Translations under genes and position numbers: made by a program
IMG/VR virus record: IMGVR_UViG_3300023109_003600
Location: 1 to 64,000 of that record
DNA: 64,000 nt
Source: a virus
Strand: one strand, 5' to 3'
Notes under the pieces: model-generated
Databases searched by the model: none
Told to the model about the DNA's origin: nothing
What the model saw: only the letters and a program-made list of their open reading frames with translations
Shown here: piece after piece, positions 9,155 to 18,774 of the stretch
Numbering within the stretch: position 1 is the first letter of the stretch
How the letters are laid out: every line of letters starts with the position of its first letter

Positions 9155-10336
9155 CTATTTACTTTCTAATTCTTTATCTAATTTTTTATCCCAATCAACA
9201 TTTCCATTTTCATCAATATAGGGTACATAAACCTCTGTCTTGCTTTGTATTAAAGAAGCGAGGTAAAATATTAAGGCGATAATTATAAAAGTTCCGCAAG
9301 CTAACCAAGCTATATTCCTCTTAAACCAATTATCCTTAAGCTCTGGCTCTGGCTCTGGTTTAGGGTCTGGCTCTGGCTCTGGTTTAGGGTCTGGTTTAGG
9401 GTCTGGTTTAGGGTCTGGTTTTATTTCTATCAAGGTTTTAGAGTCTATTAATCCGTAACCGTAACTTGAGTCCTTACCCATTTCTCCGTAATCTACAGCA
9501 CATCTTTTTAAGTGGTTATAGATCTGTTCTGGAGTCTTGCAGTCGTTAGCCTTTCCTTGTAATTCTTGTTTTTTGTGTTTACTTAGCATTAAGGCAACCA
9601 AGCCAACAATGAACGGGCAAGCCATTGATGTACCACTTAATTTGGCATAAGATTGGTTTAGGTATGTACTTGTTATTTTTACGCCTGGCCCAGCAAAGTC
9701 TACTTCTTCGCCTTTGGAGGAGAAGTATGCAATATTTGTCTGTTCGTCGTGAGCAGAAATTGCTATTGCGTTTTTGTATTTCGCTGGATATGAAACACCT
9801 CCGTCCCCTGAATTTCCTGCTGCGCATATTACTGTCTTATTTGCTTGAGTTAGTTCATTAATAATGTCTTGAAACTTCTCAAGTCTTTTGGTGCCTCCAA
9901 GACTCATGGATATTATGTCTACATCCATGTTTAAGGCTAATTTTAGTGCAGCCATTACTGATTCGAAGTCACCGCTACCATTTTTATTTAATACTTTACA
10001 TACCGTAACATGGGCTTTTGGGGCCACGCCTGTTATTTTTCCATTTATGATTCCGTTGCAATGAGTTTGATGTCCATTTAAATCCTGATTAGTAATTTCT
10101 TTAGAGAAATTACCAGAAAAACTTGTATTACTCGCTAAGTCTTTATGATCTGGCATTCCTGTGTCTAGTACAAGGATCTTAATGCCTTCTCCTTGGGTTT
10201 GGCTCCAGTATTCTGGGATATTATATTGATCTAAGTGCCAATAGGAAGATTGGTTTTGTAAATTGTCTAATATTTCTTCTTCCCTAAAAGGGGGGAGTTT
10301 AATATTTTCTTGTAATTGCGACTTTTTAATTCTCAT
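9155..10336 (-). CDS. S8 subtilisin-like serine protease with Pro-rich linker and C-terminal membrane anchor
   Basis: VLDTG (Asp), NGHQTHC (His), AAGN (oxyanion Asn), SGTSMACP (Ser); KPDP/EPEP repeats; TM helix IAWLACGTFIIIALIFYLA. Confidence 0.92.
   Translation of the reverse strand: MRIKKSQLQENIKLPPFREEEILDNLQNQSSYWHLDQYNIPEYWSQTQGEGIKILVLDTGMPDHKDLASNTSFSGNFSKEITNQDLNGHQTHCNGIINGKITGVAPKAHVTVCKVLNKNGSGDFESVMAALKLALNMDVDIISMSLGGTKRLEKFQDIINELTQANKTVICAAGNSGDGGVSYPAKYKNAIAISAHDEQTNIAYFSSKGEEVDFAGPGVKITSTYLNQSYAKLSGTSMACPFIVGLVALMLSKHKKQELQGKANDCKTPEQIYNHLKRCAVDYGEMGKDSSYGYGLIDSKTLIEIKPDPKPDPKPDPKPEPEPDPKPEPEPELKDNWFKRNIAWLACGTFIIIALIFYLASLIQSKTEVYVPYIDENGNVDWDKKLDKELESK
9340..9420 (-). repeat. 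12-bp and 6-bp coding tandem repeats (KPDP/EP linker)
   Basis: (ggtttagggtct)n and (ggctct)n on plus strand. Confidence 0.85.
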
Positions 10337-10578
10337 TTTTTATTTTTATTTTTATTTTTATTCGCAGAATATCTTTTGCTATAAATAGTATCCCATTTTT
10401 CTTTATCTTTTTTATTCCTAAAATCCAAGCTAGTGCCTTTAATGGAGTTTGTTGGAGCGCTAAAAACCCTGTTCCACTTCAGTCCATTTTCATCTATATA
10501 AATATGCTCTTCGCTCATTGATTGTGATATTTCTATAATGGTGTTGTTTTGCGGATGTTGAAAAATGTAAGTTGGCAT
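10333..10578 (-). CDS. FmdB-like small protein lacking cysteines (copy 1)
   Basis: MPTYIFQHPQNNTIIEISQSMSEEHIYIDENGLKWNRVFS, clearly paralogous to 8760..9152. Confidence 0.7.
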   Translation of the reverse strand: MPTYIFQHPQNNTIIEISQSMSEEHIYIDENGLKWNRVFSAPTNSIKGTSLDFRNKKDKEKWDTIYSKRYSANKNKNKNKK

Positions 10579-11666
10579 TATTTTTTTCTGAAAAAGCTAA
10601 ACGCTTTCTTTATTAAATCTAGAGGTTTGAATTTTTTCTTTATCGACTGAGTTTCCTCTTCTTTCTTCGGCTCTTCTTCTAGTTCCTCTTCTGGTTCCTG
10701 TTCTTGTTCCTGTTCTTGTTTAAGATTAGTTAAAAATTTATCTGGATCTATGAATCCATAGTAATCTTGCCCACGATCTCCAAACTTTAAATCCTCGAAA
10801 CCGCTGTTCTTGAATATTTGCCACATTTCTTCGATAGTATTAAACTCGGATTCTCCGCATATTTTTATAATTTTTTTATTTTTAGAAATAAGTAGGGAGA
10901 GTGTAGCTGCCAGGAAGGGTACAGATGTTGATAGGCTTGAATACTCTAAATATTTGTTATCTGTAAACGTAGATGTTACTTGTTGGGGGGAAATTTTATT
11001 AGCCTTATAGTTAATTAAATTATTATCACTATTGAATGTTCCACAAGCTATGGAATATTTGGATGAGGCTGGGTAGCTTATATTAGAATAATCAAAACTG
11101 CCCGCACAACATAGAAAAGGTATATTTTTCTCTTTTAGTAGTTTTAATTGATTATCTACACCCGCATCAAAACTATCTGATGCTAGATTTGTTATTACAA
11201 TATCTAAGTCTAGTTCAAGACATTTACTTAATCCTCTTGCGAAATCTTCGTTTTTGATTTTCATAGGATCGACGCCTACGGATATAGGTTGAATTTGGCA
11301 TCTTGGTGCAATTCCTACCATTCCTGAATGGGAATTCTGAGAGCAGATTATACCACAATCTAAAGTTGCTAAACCGTCTTCTTCAGTGTAGCCATTTATG
11401 TCTATAACTTTCTGCGAATTAACTGGGCTAATATGATAAAGGCTTTTTTCAGATTTCCATTCTAGTATTTTGCAGGGGTTTATATCAAAATGATTAACTC
11501 CACCGACGCATATCAATCCTATTGTTACTGATTCTCCCTCTGAGATTAACCAAGAATGAGGTAGATTAGATTGTATTGCTGACCAACCTATGGTTTTTTT
11601 AACCGTATCCTTTGTGTAAGACTCAAGAGTCTGAGTAATATTTAAATCTGAACGCTCTGAAAACAT
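10578..11666 (-). CDS. Catalytically degenerate S8 subtilase paralog (pseudoprotease)
   Basis: Subtilase scaffold (W..SEGESVTIG, GMVGIAP, SYPA, YYGFID) but LICVG, GLATLD and SLSTSVP replace the LDTG, HGTH and GTSMA motifs. Confidence 0.8.
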   Translation of the reverse strand: MFSERSDLNITQTLESYTKDTVKKTIGWSAIQSNLPHSWLISEGESVTIGLICVGGVNHFDINPCKILEWKSEKSLYHISPVNSQKVIDINGYTEEDGLATLDCGIICSQNSHSGMVGIAPRCQIQPISVGVDPMKIKNEDFARGLSKCLELDLDIVITNLASDSFDAGVDNQLKLLKEKNIPFLCCAGSFDYSNISYPASSKYSIACGTFNSDNNLINYKANKISPQQVTSTFTDNKYLEYSSLSTSVPFLAATLSLLISKNKKIIKICGESEFNTIEEMWQIFKNSGFEDLKFGDRGQDYYGFIDPDKFLTNLKQEQEQEQEPEEELEEEPKKEEETQSIKKKFKPLDLIKKAFSFFRKK

Positions 11667-11668
11667 TA

Positions 11669-12754
11669 CTAATTATATATAATATCTAGTATTGATTCAA
11701 TACTTTTTTTATAATTAAACTTATTAATTAATTCCAATCCAGTGGTATTTATTTTTTTCGATTTTTCTATAGCTATATTAAATGCATTATTGATTGATTC
11801 TTTTGATATGGAGTTAAAATCTCCTTGATTAAATCCCGAGCCTTCCTTAAAAAAGATTCCATCATCAGAATTGAATGTCCCTTCTGGCTCAACTAATACA
11901 CAGTTGCTCTCATTGGCCCAGTCTTTATGACTAGTGCAGTTCGTTACACAACTCCATTTCCCTAGGCATGTAGAAGTAAACGCTGGAATATTCCAACCTT
12001 CTCCGCCGCTAAGTCCAGTTAAGTCTATGTCTATTGAGTTTATTAATGTATTTACATCGCTATTTTTAGGCAAAAAAGGTAGGAAGTTTATATTTGAATA
12101 AGTTTTACCTCCTAATGCGGAACCAATTAACTGATTAAGTTTACTTGAGTCAATAAATCTATTAATAACTGCACAAGAAAGCTGGAAATCTGGATTATTA
12201 CCAAACCTTTCTGCCCATGTTTCTAAAATTACTGATGTGTTTTTTCTTTTTTCGAATTTACCCATTAAGCCAAAATGCTTTACATTCTTGCTGAATTTTC
12301 TATCTTTAATATTGAAACATTTATCTAAACCTAAAGGAACTGCTTCGCAGTTTTTTACGCCTATGGATGAGAATAAATCTTTAGAGAATTTGCTAGAAAA
12401 AATAATCCCATCATGAAGATTGCATATATTTTTTTCGCTCAGTGTTGGTTTACTAGTTTCATGGAAGGTATATAGAAAGCTATTCTTGGATATTCTTTTT
12501 TCTGAACCATTAATATGCCAGACTTGTAGCGATGGGGTGTCTTTCTTTAAAAATTTAAACCTATTTTCGAAGGAGTTTTTCATCCAGTTCACGAAACCCT
12601 GATCTAAGTCATCATAAACATCTATATTTACTAAATCAGAAACTGGAAATAAGGATATGTTAATATCTAGTTCGTGCAGCTCCCTTAAGAATGCTACTGA
12701 TACATTTCCAATACTAGTGTCATTTATTGGTACTTGTACTATTAAGTCTTTCAT
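11669..12754 (-). CDS. GT4-like (GT-B) glycosyltransferase
   Basis: TFHET, VPLG, MGKFEKRKN, SGGEGWNIPA motifs. Confidence 0.8.
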   Translation of the reverse strand: MKDLIVQVPINDTSIGNVSVAFLRELHELDINISLFPVSDLVNIDVYDDLDQGFVNWMKNSFENRFKFLKKDTPSLQVWHINGSEKRISKNSFLYTFHETSKPTLSEKNICNLHDGIIFSSKFSKDLFSSIGVKNCEAVPLGLDKCFNIKDRKFSKNVKHFGLMGKFEKRKNTSVILETWAERFGNNPDFQLSCAVINRFIDSSKLNQLIGSALGGKTYSNINFLPFLPKNSDVNTLINSIDIDLTGLSGGEGWNIPAFTSTCLGKWSCVTNCTSHKDWANESNCVLVEPEGTFNSDDGIFFKEGSGFNQGDFNSISKESINNAFNIAIEKSKKINTTGLELINKFNYKKSIESILDIIYN

Positions 12755-13167
12755 TAAAATGGGACATCTTCCAGTCCTTCATCGTAAGACGGTTCGCTAC
12801 TTTCTTGATTGGTTTCAGTAGGAGGTTGATTGTTTTCTTTTGATTTTTTTGAGCTAGATTGGTCTGCATTTAAAAATCTTACAGCATCCCCCTTGCAGAA
12901 AAACTTTTGCCTTTTGTTTCCATCTTTATCATCCCACGAATTTATAGCCATCTTGCCTTCTACAAAAACTTGTCTTCCCTTCTTTAGATACTTACTACAA
13001 TTCTTTGCAATGTTATCCCAGTATTGTACGTCTACGTAGAAGGGGTTTTTGTCGTCCTTGCCTTGATTTATCGCGATTGATAGAATGCAAACTGCTTTAT
13101 CGTTTTGAAGTTCTTTATATTGAGGGTCTTTTGTTAGGTTCCCTATTCCTATGAATTTATTTAACAT
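12754..13167 (-). CDS. ssb: Single-stranded DNA-binding protein
   Basis: MLNKFIGIGNLTKDP...YLKKGRQVFVEG...W.DKDG; acidic tail ending EDVPF. Confidence 0.95.
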   Translation of the reverse strand: MLNKFIGIGNLTKDPQYKELQNDKAVCILSIAINQGKDDKNPFYVDVQYWDNIAKNCSKYLKKGRQVFVEGKMAINSWDDKDGNKRQKFFCKGDAVRFLNADQSSSKKSKENNQPPTETNQESSEPSYDEGLEDVPF

Positions 13168-13745
13168 TACTTTATTTTTGTTTGTAGGTTCTTGATTATT
13201 GAGTTATGTATATTTATACAACCTTGTATACTCATATCTAACTCTTTTGATATTTTTTTCCAAGGCATGAGTTTATTTTTATCTCCCTGGATGTATCTCA
13301 TTGTAAAGATTTTTTTTACTCTTGGGTCTGGATGCTTACTTATGAATTTAATAATATTCTTGTAAGCTTCCTTCCTTAGCGAAAGTTTGTGTGGTTCCTC
13401 ACTTATATCTTTATCAAAATCTTTATCGGAAGATGCTATAGATATCCTGTTTTTATTCTTATTATAAGTATTTAAGCATAGCCACTTTGCTTCATTACCT
13501 AAGTGGGTGCTGAATTTAGTACCTCTTTCCTTGTCGTATTTCATAACAGCTTTATAGATATAAAAACTCTTATCTGAAATCATGTCGTCTTTATTGCAAT
13601 AAATATTATTACAAGGTACATATTGATTAATGATATCTATAAATATGCCGCTGTGCCTATCTATGATTTCACTCATAGCGTCTGAAGAATCTTCTGTTCC
13701 AGTTTGGATCCTTTTTATTAAATCGATATCGTTAAGACTTATCAT
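13167..13745 (-). CDS. Compact sigma-70-family RNA polymerase sigma factor (regions 2 and 4)
   Basis: KAVMKYDKERGTKFSTHL (region 2); IFTMRY...PWKKISKELDMSIQGCINIH (region 4 HTH). Confidence 0.8.
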   Translation of the reverse strand: MISLNDIDLIKRIQTGTEDSSDAMSEIIDRHSGIFIDIINQYVPCNNIYCNKDDMISDKSFYIYKAVMKYDKERGTKFSTHLGNEAKWLCLNTYNKNKNRISIASSDKDFDKDISEEPHKLSLRKEAYKNIIKFISKHPDPRVKKIFTMRYIQGDKNKLMPWKKISKELDMSIQGCINIHNSIIKNLQTKIK

Positions 13746-14316
13746 CTATTTGAAGCTTACCTAAGGCTCTTGTAACTTTACTGGAAAGCTTCTTCTCTAT
13801 TAGCTCTTCGCCTACGTGATCCCATTTCACTAGGAGGTCGCACTCTGCTTTTATTAAAGGGTCATTAATTTCTTCCTGTTCGTTAGCTGGCAGAGCTCCC
13901 TCTTTCTCTATATGTACCATGACTCCTCCTTGCTTTTTAACCCATTCCACTTCATTGGGATATCTCACGTCAGTAATAAATGCTACCGCTTCTACCTGCA
14001 TTGCGGCTTTTATAGTTAGGTCTAATCTCTTAATCCAGTACTCTTCATCTACCTTCCTCATCAAGTTGGTTCCGTAAGCAACTAATAGCGGCCTAATGAG
14101 CTCTTTCTCCTTATCTATATTAGTGTAAGCTGATAACCCAGCTTTCTTTATTAATAATTGATGAAGATCAGCTTTCACGTTATCCGCAAAAGCGCATCTC
14201 ATGGCTGCTTGTTTGCTCTTGTTTAACCTCTTTGCTGAAAGCAGGCAGAAAGTATCTTTGCCAGACCTAGCAACACCCGATATACCTATTAATTTAGGAA
14301 GTTTTAGTTTTTTCAT
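13732..14316 (-). CDS. Deoxynucleoside monophosphate kinase
   Basis: IGISGVARSGKDT P-loop, AFAD, RPLLVAYGT, ITDVRYPNE. Confidence 0.88.
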   Translation of the reverse strand: MKKLKLPKLIGISGVARSGKDTFCLLSAKRLNKSKQAAMRCAFADNVKADLHQLLIKKAGLSAYTNIDKEKELIRPLLVAYGTNLMRKVDEEYWIKRLDLTIKAAMQVEAVAFITDVRYPNEVEWVKKQGGVMVHIEKEGALPANEQEEINDPLIKAECDLLVKWDHVGEELIEKKLSSKVTRALGKLQIDDKS

Positions 14317-14593
14317 TTATTAATTCTGTGAAGTTTTTGGCTGTTTCATGAAAGCCAGCGTTAGATAATATTTTGGGACAGTATATAAATTCTCTGTATT
14401 GCTCTAACTCTAATTCTTCCTCCAAGTCAGATAAACATAAAGATTCAATAACTGGTGAAATTGGTAACTGATCTCCTTGAGCTTTTACCATTTTCTCTAT
14501 AGCTAGGGTAGATGCTTCCTCTGAGTTTCTACCCCCAGAAACTACAGACCAGCCCCCACACGATATGACGTATTTCTTTTTTGGTTTTTCCAT
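14294..14593 (-). CDS. Hypothetical protein
   Basis: ORF; ATG at 14593 preferred because it follows the predicted -10 box. Confidence 0.65.
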   Translation of the reverse strand: MEKPKKKYVISCGGWSVVSGGRNSEEASTLAIEKMVKAQGDQLPISPVIESLCLSDLEEELELEQYREFIYCPKILSNAGFHETAKNFTELINEKTKTS

Positions 14594-14604
14594 ATTTAAA
14601 TTAA

Positions 14605-14633
14605 ATTTTAACATTTAAATTGAGATAAGTCAA
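14605..14633 (-). promoter_or_regulatory. Sigma70-type promoter for leftward block
   Basis: TTGACT-N17-TAAAAT on minus strand. Confidence 0.7.
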
Positions 14634-14651
14634 GTACTTTATTTCTTTTTC

Positions 14652-14677
14652 CAGACCTATTGCTTGCAATAGGTCTG
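14652..14677. repeat. Perfect 12-bp inverted repeat between divergent promoters
   Basis: CAGACCTATTGC-TT-GCAATAGGTCTG. Confidence 0.8.
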
Positions 14678-14790
14678 TTTTTATTAATTATCTATGTTTA
14701 CCTATAGCCTATATGGCGTAGTATATATCTACTAGGTGGGTAGTACTTTTTTACTTGATTGATTATCCTTAGTATGATAACTTATTAAAA

Positions 14791-15084
14791 ATGTCCTTGA
14801 AATTTATACAAGTTCCAGTTAAGATCTTAGAAGATGTAGAAAACGGCAAGTTAATACCATCAGATATACATACTTATACTTATCTAGTTAAAACTACAAT
14901 AACGAGTGGAGGAAAATTTATAATCAAAACAGAATCAGAGATAGCTAGCGAACTTATTGTGTCAAATAAGGGTAGCTCGCTCAGTAAAGTCACTAAGTCT
15001 TTAAGGAGGCTAAGGGAAGCGGGACACATAAACAGGGAAAGTTCGTTCAGGTCTTCCAAAACAACAGTTTTGACAAAAGTATGA
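14791..15084 (+). CDS. Winged-HTH DNA-binding protein (initiator/regulator-like)
   Basis: 97 aa; FIQVP...TESEIASEL...SLSKVTKSLRRLREAGHINR wHTH pattern; sigma70-like TTGATT...TATGAT upstream. Confidence 0.65.
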   Translation: MSLKFIQVPVKILEDVENGKLIPSDIHTYTYLVKTTITSGGKFIIKTESEIASELIVSNKGSSLSKVTKSLRRLREAGHINRESSFRSSKTTVLTKV

Positions 15085-15779
15085 AAGCGTCAATTATAAC
15101 TTCAGTCTATAAAGGCGAAAAATACATAAATCATTTCCTTAATGATATAACAAAACAAACAATCTTCAATCAATGCGAACTTGTTATAATTAATGCAGCC
15201 TCTCCAGAAAACGAAGAACAGTACATAAATCCTTTCTTAAGAAAATATGAGAACATAAAATACTTTAGACTTCAAGTAGACCCAGGGATTTATGCAGTAT
15301 GGAATCTAGCAATAGAAAACTCCACGTCTCCATATATCACTAATGCAAACTTAGATGATAGCAAGGCGCATTGGTGCATAGAGGAACAAGCTTTTACTCT
15401 TGATCAAAACCCAGACGTAGACTTAGTTTACGGAGAAACTTTAGAAACATTTAAAGAGCTAGAAACTTTTAACAAAAATTCCGCAACCCAGATTTTCCCC
15501 TGTTTAGATTTTTCGTTGGAAAATTTACTCAAAGTAAACTCCCCACACTCTTCGCCTATGTGGAGGAGAACTATGCACGATAAGTATGGACACTTCAACT
15601 CAACTTACAAATATTGCGGAGATTATGAAATGTGGGTAAGGGCAGCAAGACAACAATCAAAATTTAAAAAAATCAACTCTAAACTATCATTATATTATAG
15701 AAATAACGATGGACTCAGCACAAAAGAATCAAACTTAAACTCGGCCTTAAAAGAAATAGAAAAAATAAAAAATGGATAA
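15081..15779 (+). CDS. GT2-family glycosyltransferase
   Basis: SIITSVYKG, GIYAVWNLAI, NANLDD, GDYEMWVR. Confidence 0.9.
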   Translation: MKASIITSVYKGEKYINHFLNDITKQTIFNQCELVIINAASPENEEQYINPFLRKYENIKYFRLQVDPGIYAVWNLAIENSTSPYITNANLDDSKAHWCIEEQAFTLDQNPDVDLVYGETLETFKELETFNKNSATQIFPCLDFSLENLLKVNSPHSSPMWRRTMHDKYGHFNSTYKYCGDYEMWVRAARQQSKFKKINSKLSLYYRNNDGLSTKESNLNSALKEIEKIKNG

Positions 15780-16773
15780 TATACTAATCACTCACTTCAA
15801 AGTCGATAAAAACCAAACGAGAAATAATGAAATTCTTGACTGTATAAAATCTAATCTTAAGCTAAATTTTTTTGACGAAGCTCGACTTCTCATTGAAGGG
15901 GGCCTTACGCCAGAGTTTTCAAGAGAACTTAATAACACCAAAACAGACACCAAGCTAACCATAGAGTCAACCTCAAAAAGATTAACATATAAAGAAATTT
16001 TTAAAATCTGCAACCATGAACCCAATAAAACCTTTTACTTAACAAATGCTGATATTGTATTTAATAAATCCTTAAGAAAAATGTCAGACTTCGAGGAATG
16101 TCTAAATTCAGGAGTCGTACTTGCGCAACATAGGTACAACTTAATACCAGGAACAGATGATATCGTCTTCGAAAAGACCCCTCCTATTAGCGGCGAATAT
16201 TACAGCGGCTCAGCAGATGCATTCATATTTAACACGCCTATAGAATTTTCCCACGAATTTAACTTCTTTGGAGGAACATCTTATTGTGATCAGCACCTAT
16301 CCTCTCTTTTAAGTAAGTCTGGCAGGCTATGTATATCCATAAGTGATATAATTTGCGAACACAGGCATGCATCAAAAATAAACAATGACGGCACAGTACA
16401 GGATGAAGATTACAAATGCACAACGAACAACAATTGCAAAGACAACCTTACAAACGAAGACATAAAATACAACCCTATACTCGAAGCAGATGAAGTGCTC
16501 TTTATATTTAATTCATTCCAATCAATAAAAGATTCCAACCTTAAAAATTTAGAATTTTTATGTCAAACTTTCTTAAAGCACAAACACGGAACGCCTGGTT
16601 CTATAAAAAAGAACCCTGAACAAGAAATACTTTTAGAGATAAGCAAAGTAAGAAATACAAAAATTTCACCAGAAGAGTTTGCAAAAATAATACAACCCAA
16701 GCAAGCATTTAAATGGCATGGCTTCCCAAATCCAAAATTTATACTTGAAAGCATTTTTGAACATGAAAAATAA
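15772..16773 (+). CDS. Glycosyltransferase-like protein (GT-A type)
   Basis: RLTY, NADIVF, SADAFIF, CD, H-x-H motifs; glycan cluster context. Confidence 0.55.
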   Translation: MDNILITHFKVDKNQTRNNEILDCIKSNLKLNFFDEARLLIEGGLTPEFSRELNNTKTDTKLTIESTSKRLTYKEIFKICNHEPNKTFYLTNADIVFNKSLRKMSDFEECLNSGVVLAQHRYNLIPGTDDIVFEKTPPISGEYYSGSADAFIFNTPIEFSHEFNFFGGTSYCDQHLSSLLSKSGRLCISISDIICEHRHASKINNDGTVQDEDYKCTTNNNCKDNLTNEDIKYNPILEADEVLFIFNSFQSIKDSNLKNLEFLCQTFLKHKHGTPGSIKKNPEQEILLEISKVRNTKISPEEFAKIIQPKQAFKWHGFPNPKFILESIFEHEK

Positions 16774-17257
16774 AGATTTATCAGTACAAGATATTATTGA
16801 AATAAGAAGGGAAGATTTTAATCCTAACACAATACTTAAAAATGCTTATGAAAATAAAATAACAATATGCAAGCCCGATGATTATAAAATTAAAAAAGAA
16901 GGCTACAAAGATATACTTAGATACAAAAATACAACCATCCTATCAGTAACGCCTCCACCTAATTTATTACTAGGAGATTTGACAGTATTCTTTCCAAGAA
17001 TAGACAACCTCCTTCTCTTTTTTTCTATGATGAGATCAAAAGCAGTAACCCAAGAGTTATTAAAAATAGTAAACATAAAATATCTCAGTCCAGAAAAGTT
17101 CCCGTGCTCCTTTTTTATAGGTCATATGCCAGAGTTAAATATTTGGCATAATTTCAAAGAGGAATCGTTTTTAGGTTACCCCGAAAGAGAACTACACCTC
17201 AACCTTTATTGTTCTCAGAAAAAATTCAAATTCGATACGAAAGAGATAACGGAATGA
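16763..17257 (+). CDS. Hypothetical protein
   Basis: ORF overlapping neighbours; ATG 16763 preferred. Confidence 0.55.
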   Translation: MKNKDLSVQDIIEIRREDFNPNTILKNAYENKITICKPDDYKIKKEGYKDILRYKNTTILSVTPPPNLLLGDLTVFFPRIDNLLLFFSMMRSKAVTQELLKIVNIKYLSPEKFPCSFFIGHMPELNIWHNFKEESFLGYPERELHLNLYCSQKKFKFDTKEITE

Positions 17258-17916
17258 AAAGCGAAGACCCATTCTTTTTTTCTGTAGTATCGCATATAAA
17301 CGAAGACTACAAGAAGATGTTGTTTATGTTCCAGGATTCAATTAAAACGAGCGGCATCAAATTAAAACACAACCTATTAGAAACAGGAATGCAAGGAGGA
17401 GATTGGCAAAGCGAAACTTACTTAAAAAACGTCTACCAAAAACTCGTGATTACTCATACAAAACTAAAAGAAGGTAAAAGAGTAGTCTGCTCAGACGTAG
17501 ATATAATATTCTACAGAGATTTTGTCCCCTTGATCGAGAAAAACAACGATCTAGATATAATCTTTTCCGTAGACCATCAGTTTTTTTGCACAGGATTCTT
17601 TTATGTGAGGCCGACACCTGAAACGATAAAGCTCTTTGACTATACAATGCCAATTAAAAAATGGACTGGAGACCAAGGAGACCAAGGCTACATCAACTAC
17701 AAGCTTGCAGACATGCAAGATGAATTTAAAGATTTAAAAATCGGATTCATGCACCCAAGCGTCGCCCCCTACGGGAAGTATATTTTTGACGAAGAAAAAG
17801 AAATTAAAAACCCATATCTTGCGCACTTCAACTGGACCGTAGGCACTAAAGAAAAAATACAAAAAATGGAAAAATACAAAAATACCTACAGACATGAAAT
17901 ATGTACACTACAATAA
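17254..17916 (+). CDS. Nucleotide-diphospho-sugar transferase (GT77-like)
   Basis: SDVDIIFYRD, FCTGFFYVRPT, DQGYIN, AHFNWTVG..K; ATGA overlap at 17254. Confidence 0.8.
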   Translation: MKSEDPFFFSVVSHINEDYKKMLFMFQDSIKTSGIKLKHNLLETGMQGGDWQSETYLKNVYQKLVITHTKLKEGKRVVCSDVDIIFYRDFVPLIEKNNDLDIIFSVDHQFFCTGFFYVRPTPETIKLFDYTMPIKKWTGDQGDQGYINYKLADMQDEFKDLKIGFMHPSVAPYGKYIFDEEKEIKNPYLAHFNWTVGTKEKIQKMEKYKNTYRHEICTLQ

Positions 17917-18769
17917 TCGCGGGGGCTGCGGATTCGGCAACCAAATGCGTTCGTTCGCAGGGGCATTAACTTTAGCAAAGTTAACAAACAGGAAGCTGGT
18001 CGTAACAGACCAATACCTCACGACAGCATTTAAATGCCCACACATAATTTCAAATACAGACCCTATATTAAATAAAACACAAAGACAGTTCACTCCATCA
18101 GGAATCCCACATGAACAACACATGAAATCACAGGCGCTGAATGATGATTTAAATTTCCCTGAAGAAATAATAAAATGCGGAGACGGAACAGATATGGCGG
18201 GAAATTACTTAATCAAAAACCCTCATTACAAAGAAAAGTATAACAATTTATTAAAAGCAATAAATGGAAGCAGTTATTACGATTACCTAACTAAATATTT
18301 GCCCCCATCAGTTGGAGAACCTAGTAATGAACTAGCAAATCTTGCCAAAAAAAATATAGATTACGAAAACAATGAATACTTCAGCGTTCAATTCAGAGCA
18401 TTCTACGACGCTAATAATAAGTTCCTGCAACACCTTCATAATTTTTCAAACAAAATGCTAAACGTCCTCGAAGAGCAGGGAGCAAAAGAAGGAAAAATAT
18501 TCGTAACCTCAGACAGGGAAGACGTAACAGAAACGATTGCAAGTAAACTCACAAACTTTGATGTGATAAAAAGCGTATACCCATTCAGACACTCTCAAGA
18601 TTTTAGCCTAGAATCTATAGCAGACTGGCTAACAATAGCAAAATCTAAATTTTCATTTTCAACAGGAACATCCTACGCAACAACTGCAGCAGTATACACA
18701 AATAAACCTATGTATATTTTTGATGGAAAAAAAGATGGTTACATAAATAAAGTATTTTATCAATTTTAA
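17894..18769 (+). CDS. Fucosyltransferase-like protein (GT-B; NodZ/GT23/O-FucT-like)
   Basis: GFGNQM, VQFR, IFVTSD, DW...GTSYA motifs typical of GDP-fucose-using enzymes. Confidence 0.7.
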   Translation: MKYVHYNNRGGCGFGNQMRSFAGALTLAKLTNRKLVVTDQYLTTAFKCPHIISNTDPILNKTQRQFTPSGIPHEQHMKSQALNDDLNFPEEIIKCGDGTDMAGNYLIKNPHYKEKYNNLLKAINGSSYYDYLTKYLPPSVGEPSNELANLAKKNIDYENNEYFSVQFRAFYDANNKFLQHLHNFSNKMLNVLEEQGAKEGKIFVTSDREDVTETIASKLTNFDVIKSVYPFRHSQDFSLESIADWLTIAKSKFSFSTGTSYATTAAVYTNKPMYIFDGKKDGYINKVFYQF

Positions 18770-18774
18770 CCAAT

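Noticed and set aside
9355-9420. TTTAGGG telomere-like words
   Set aside because: Part of a 12-bp unit encoding KPDP in the S8 linker
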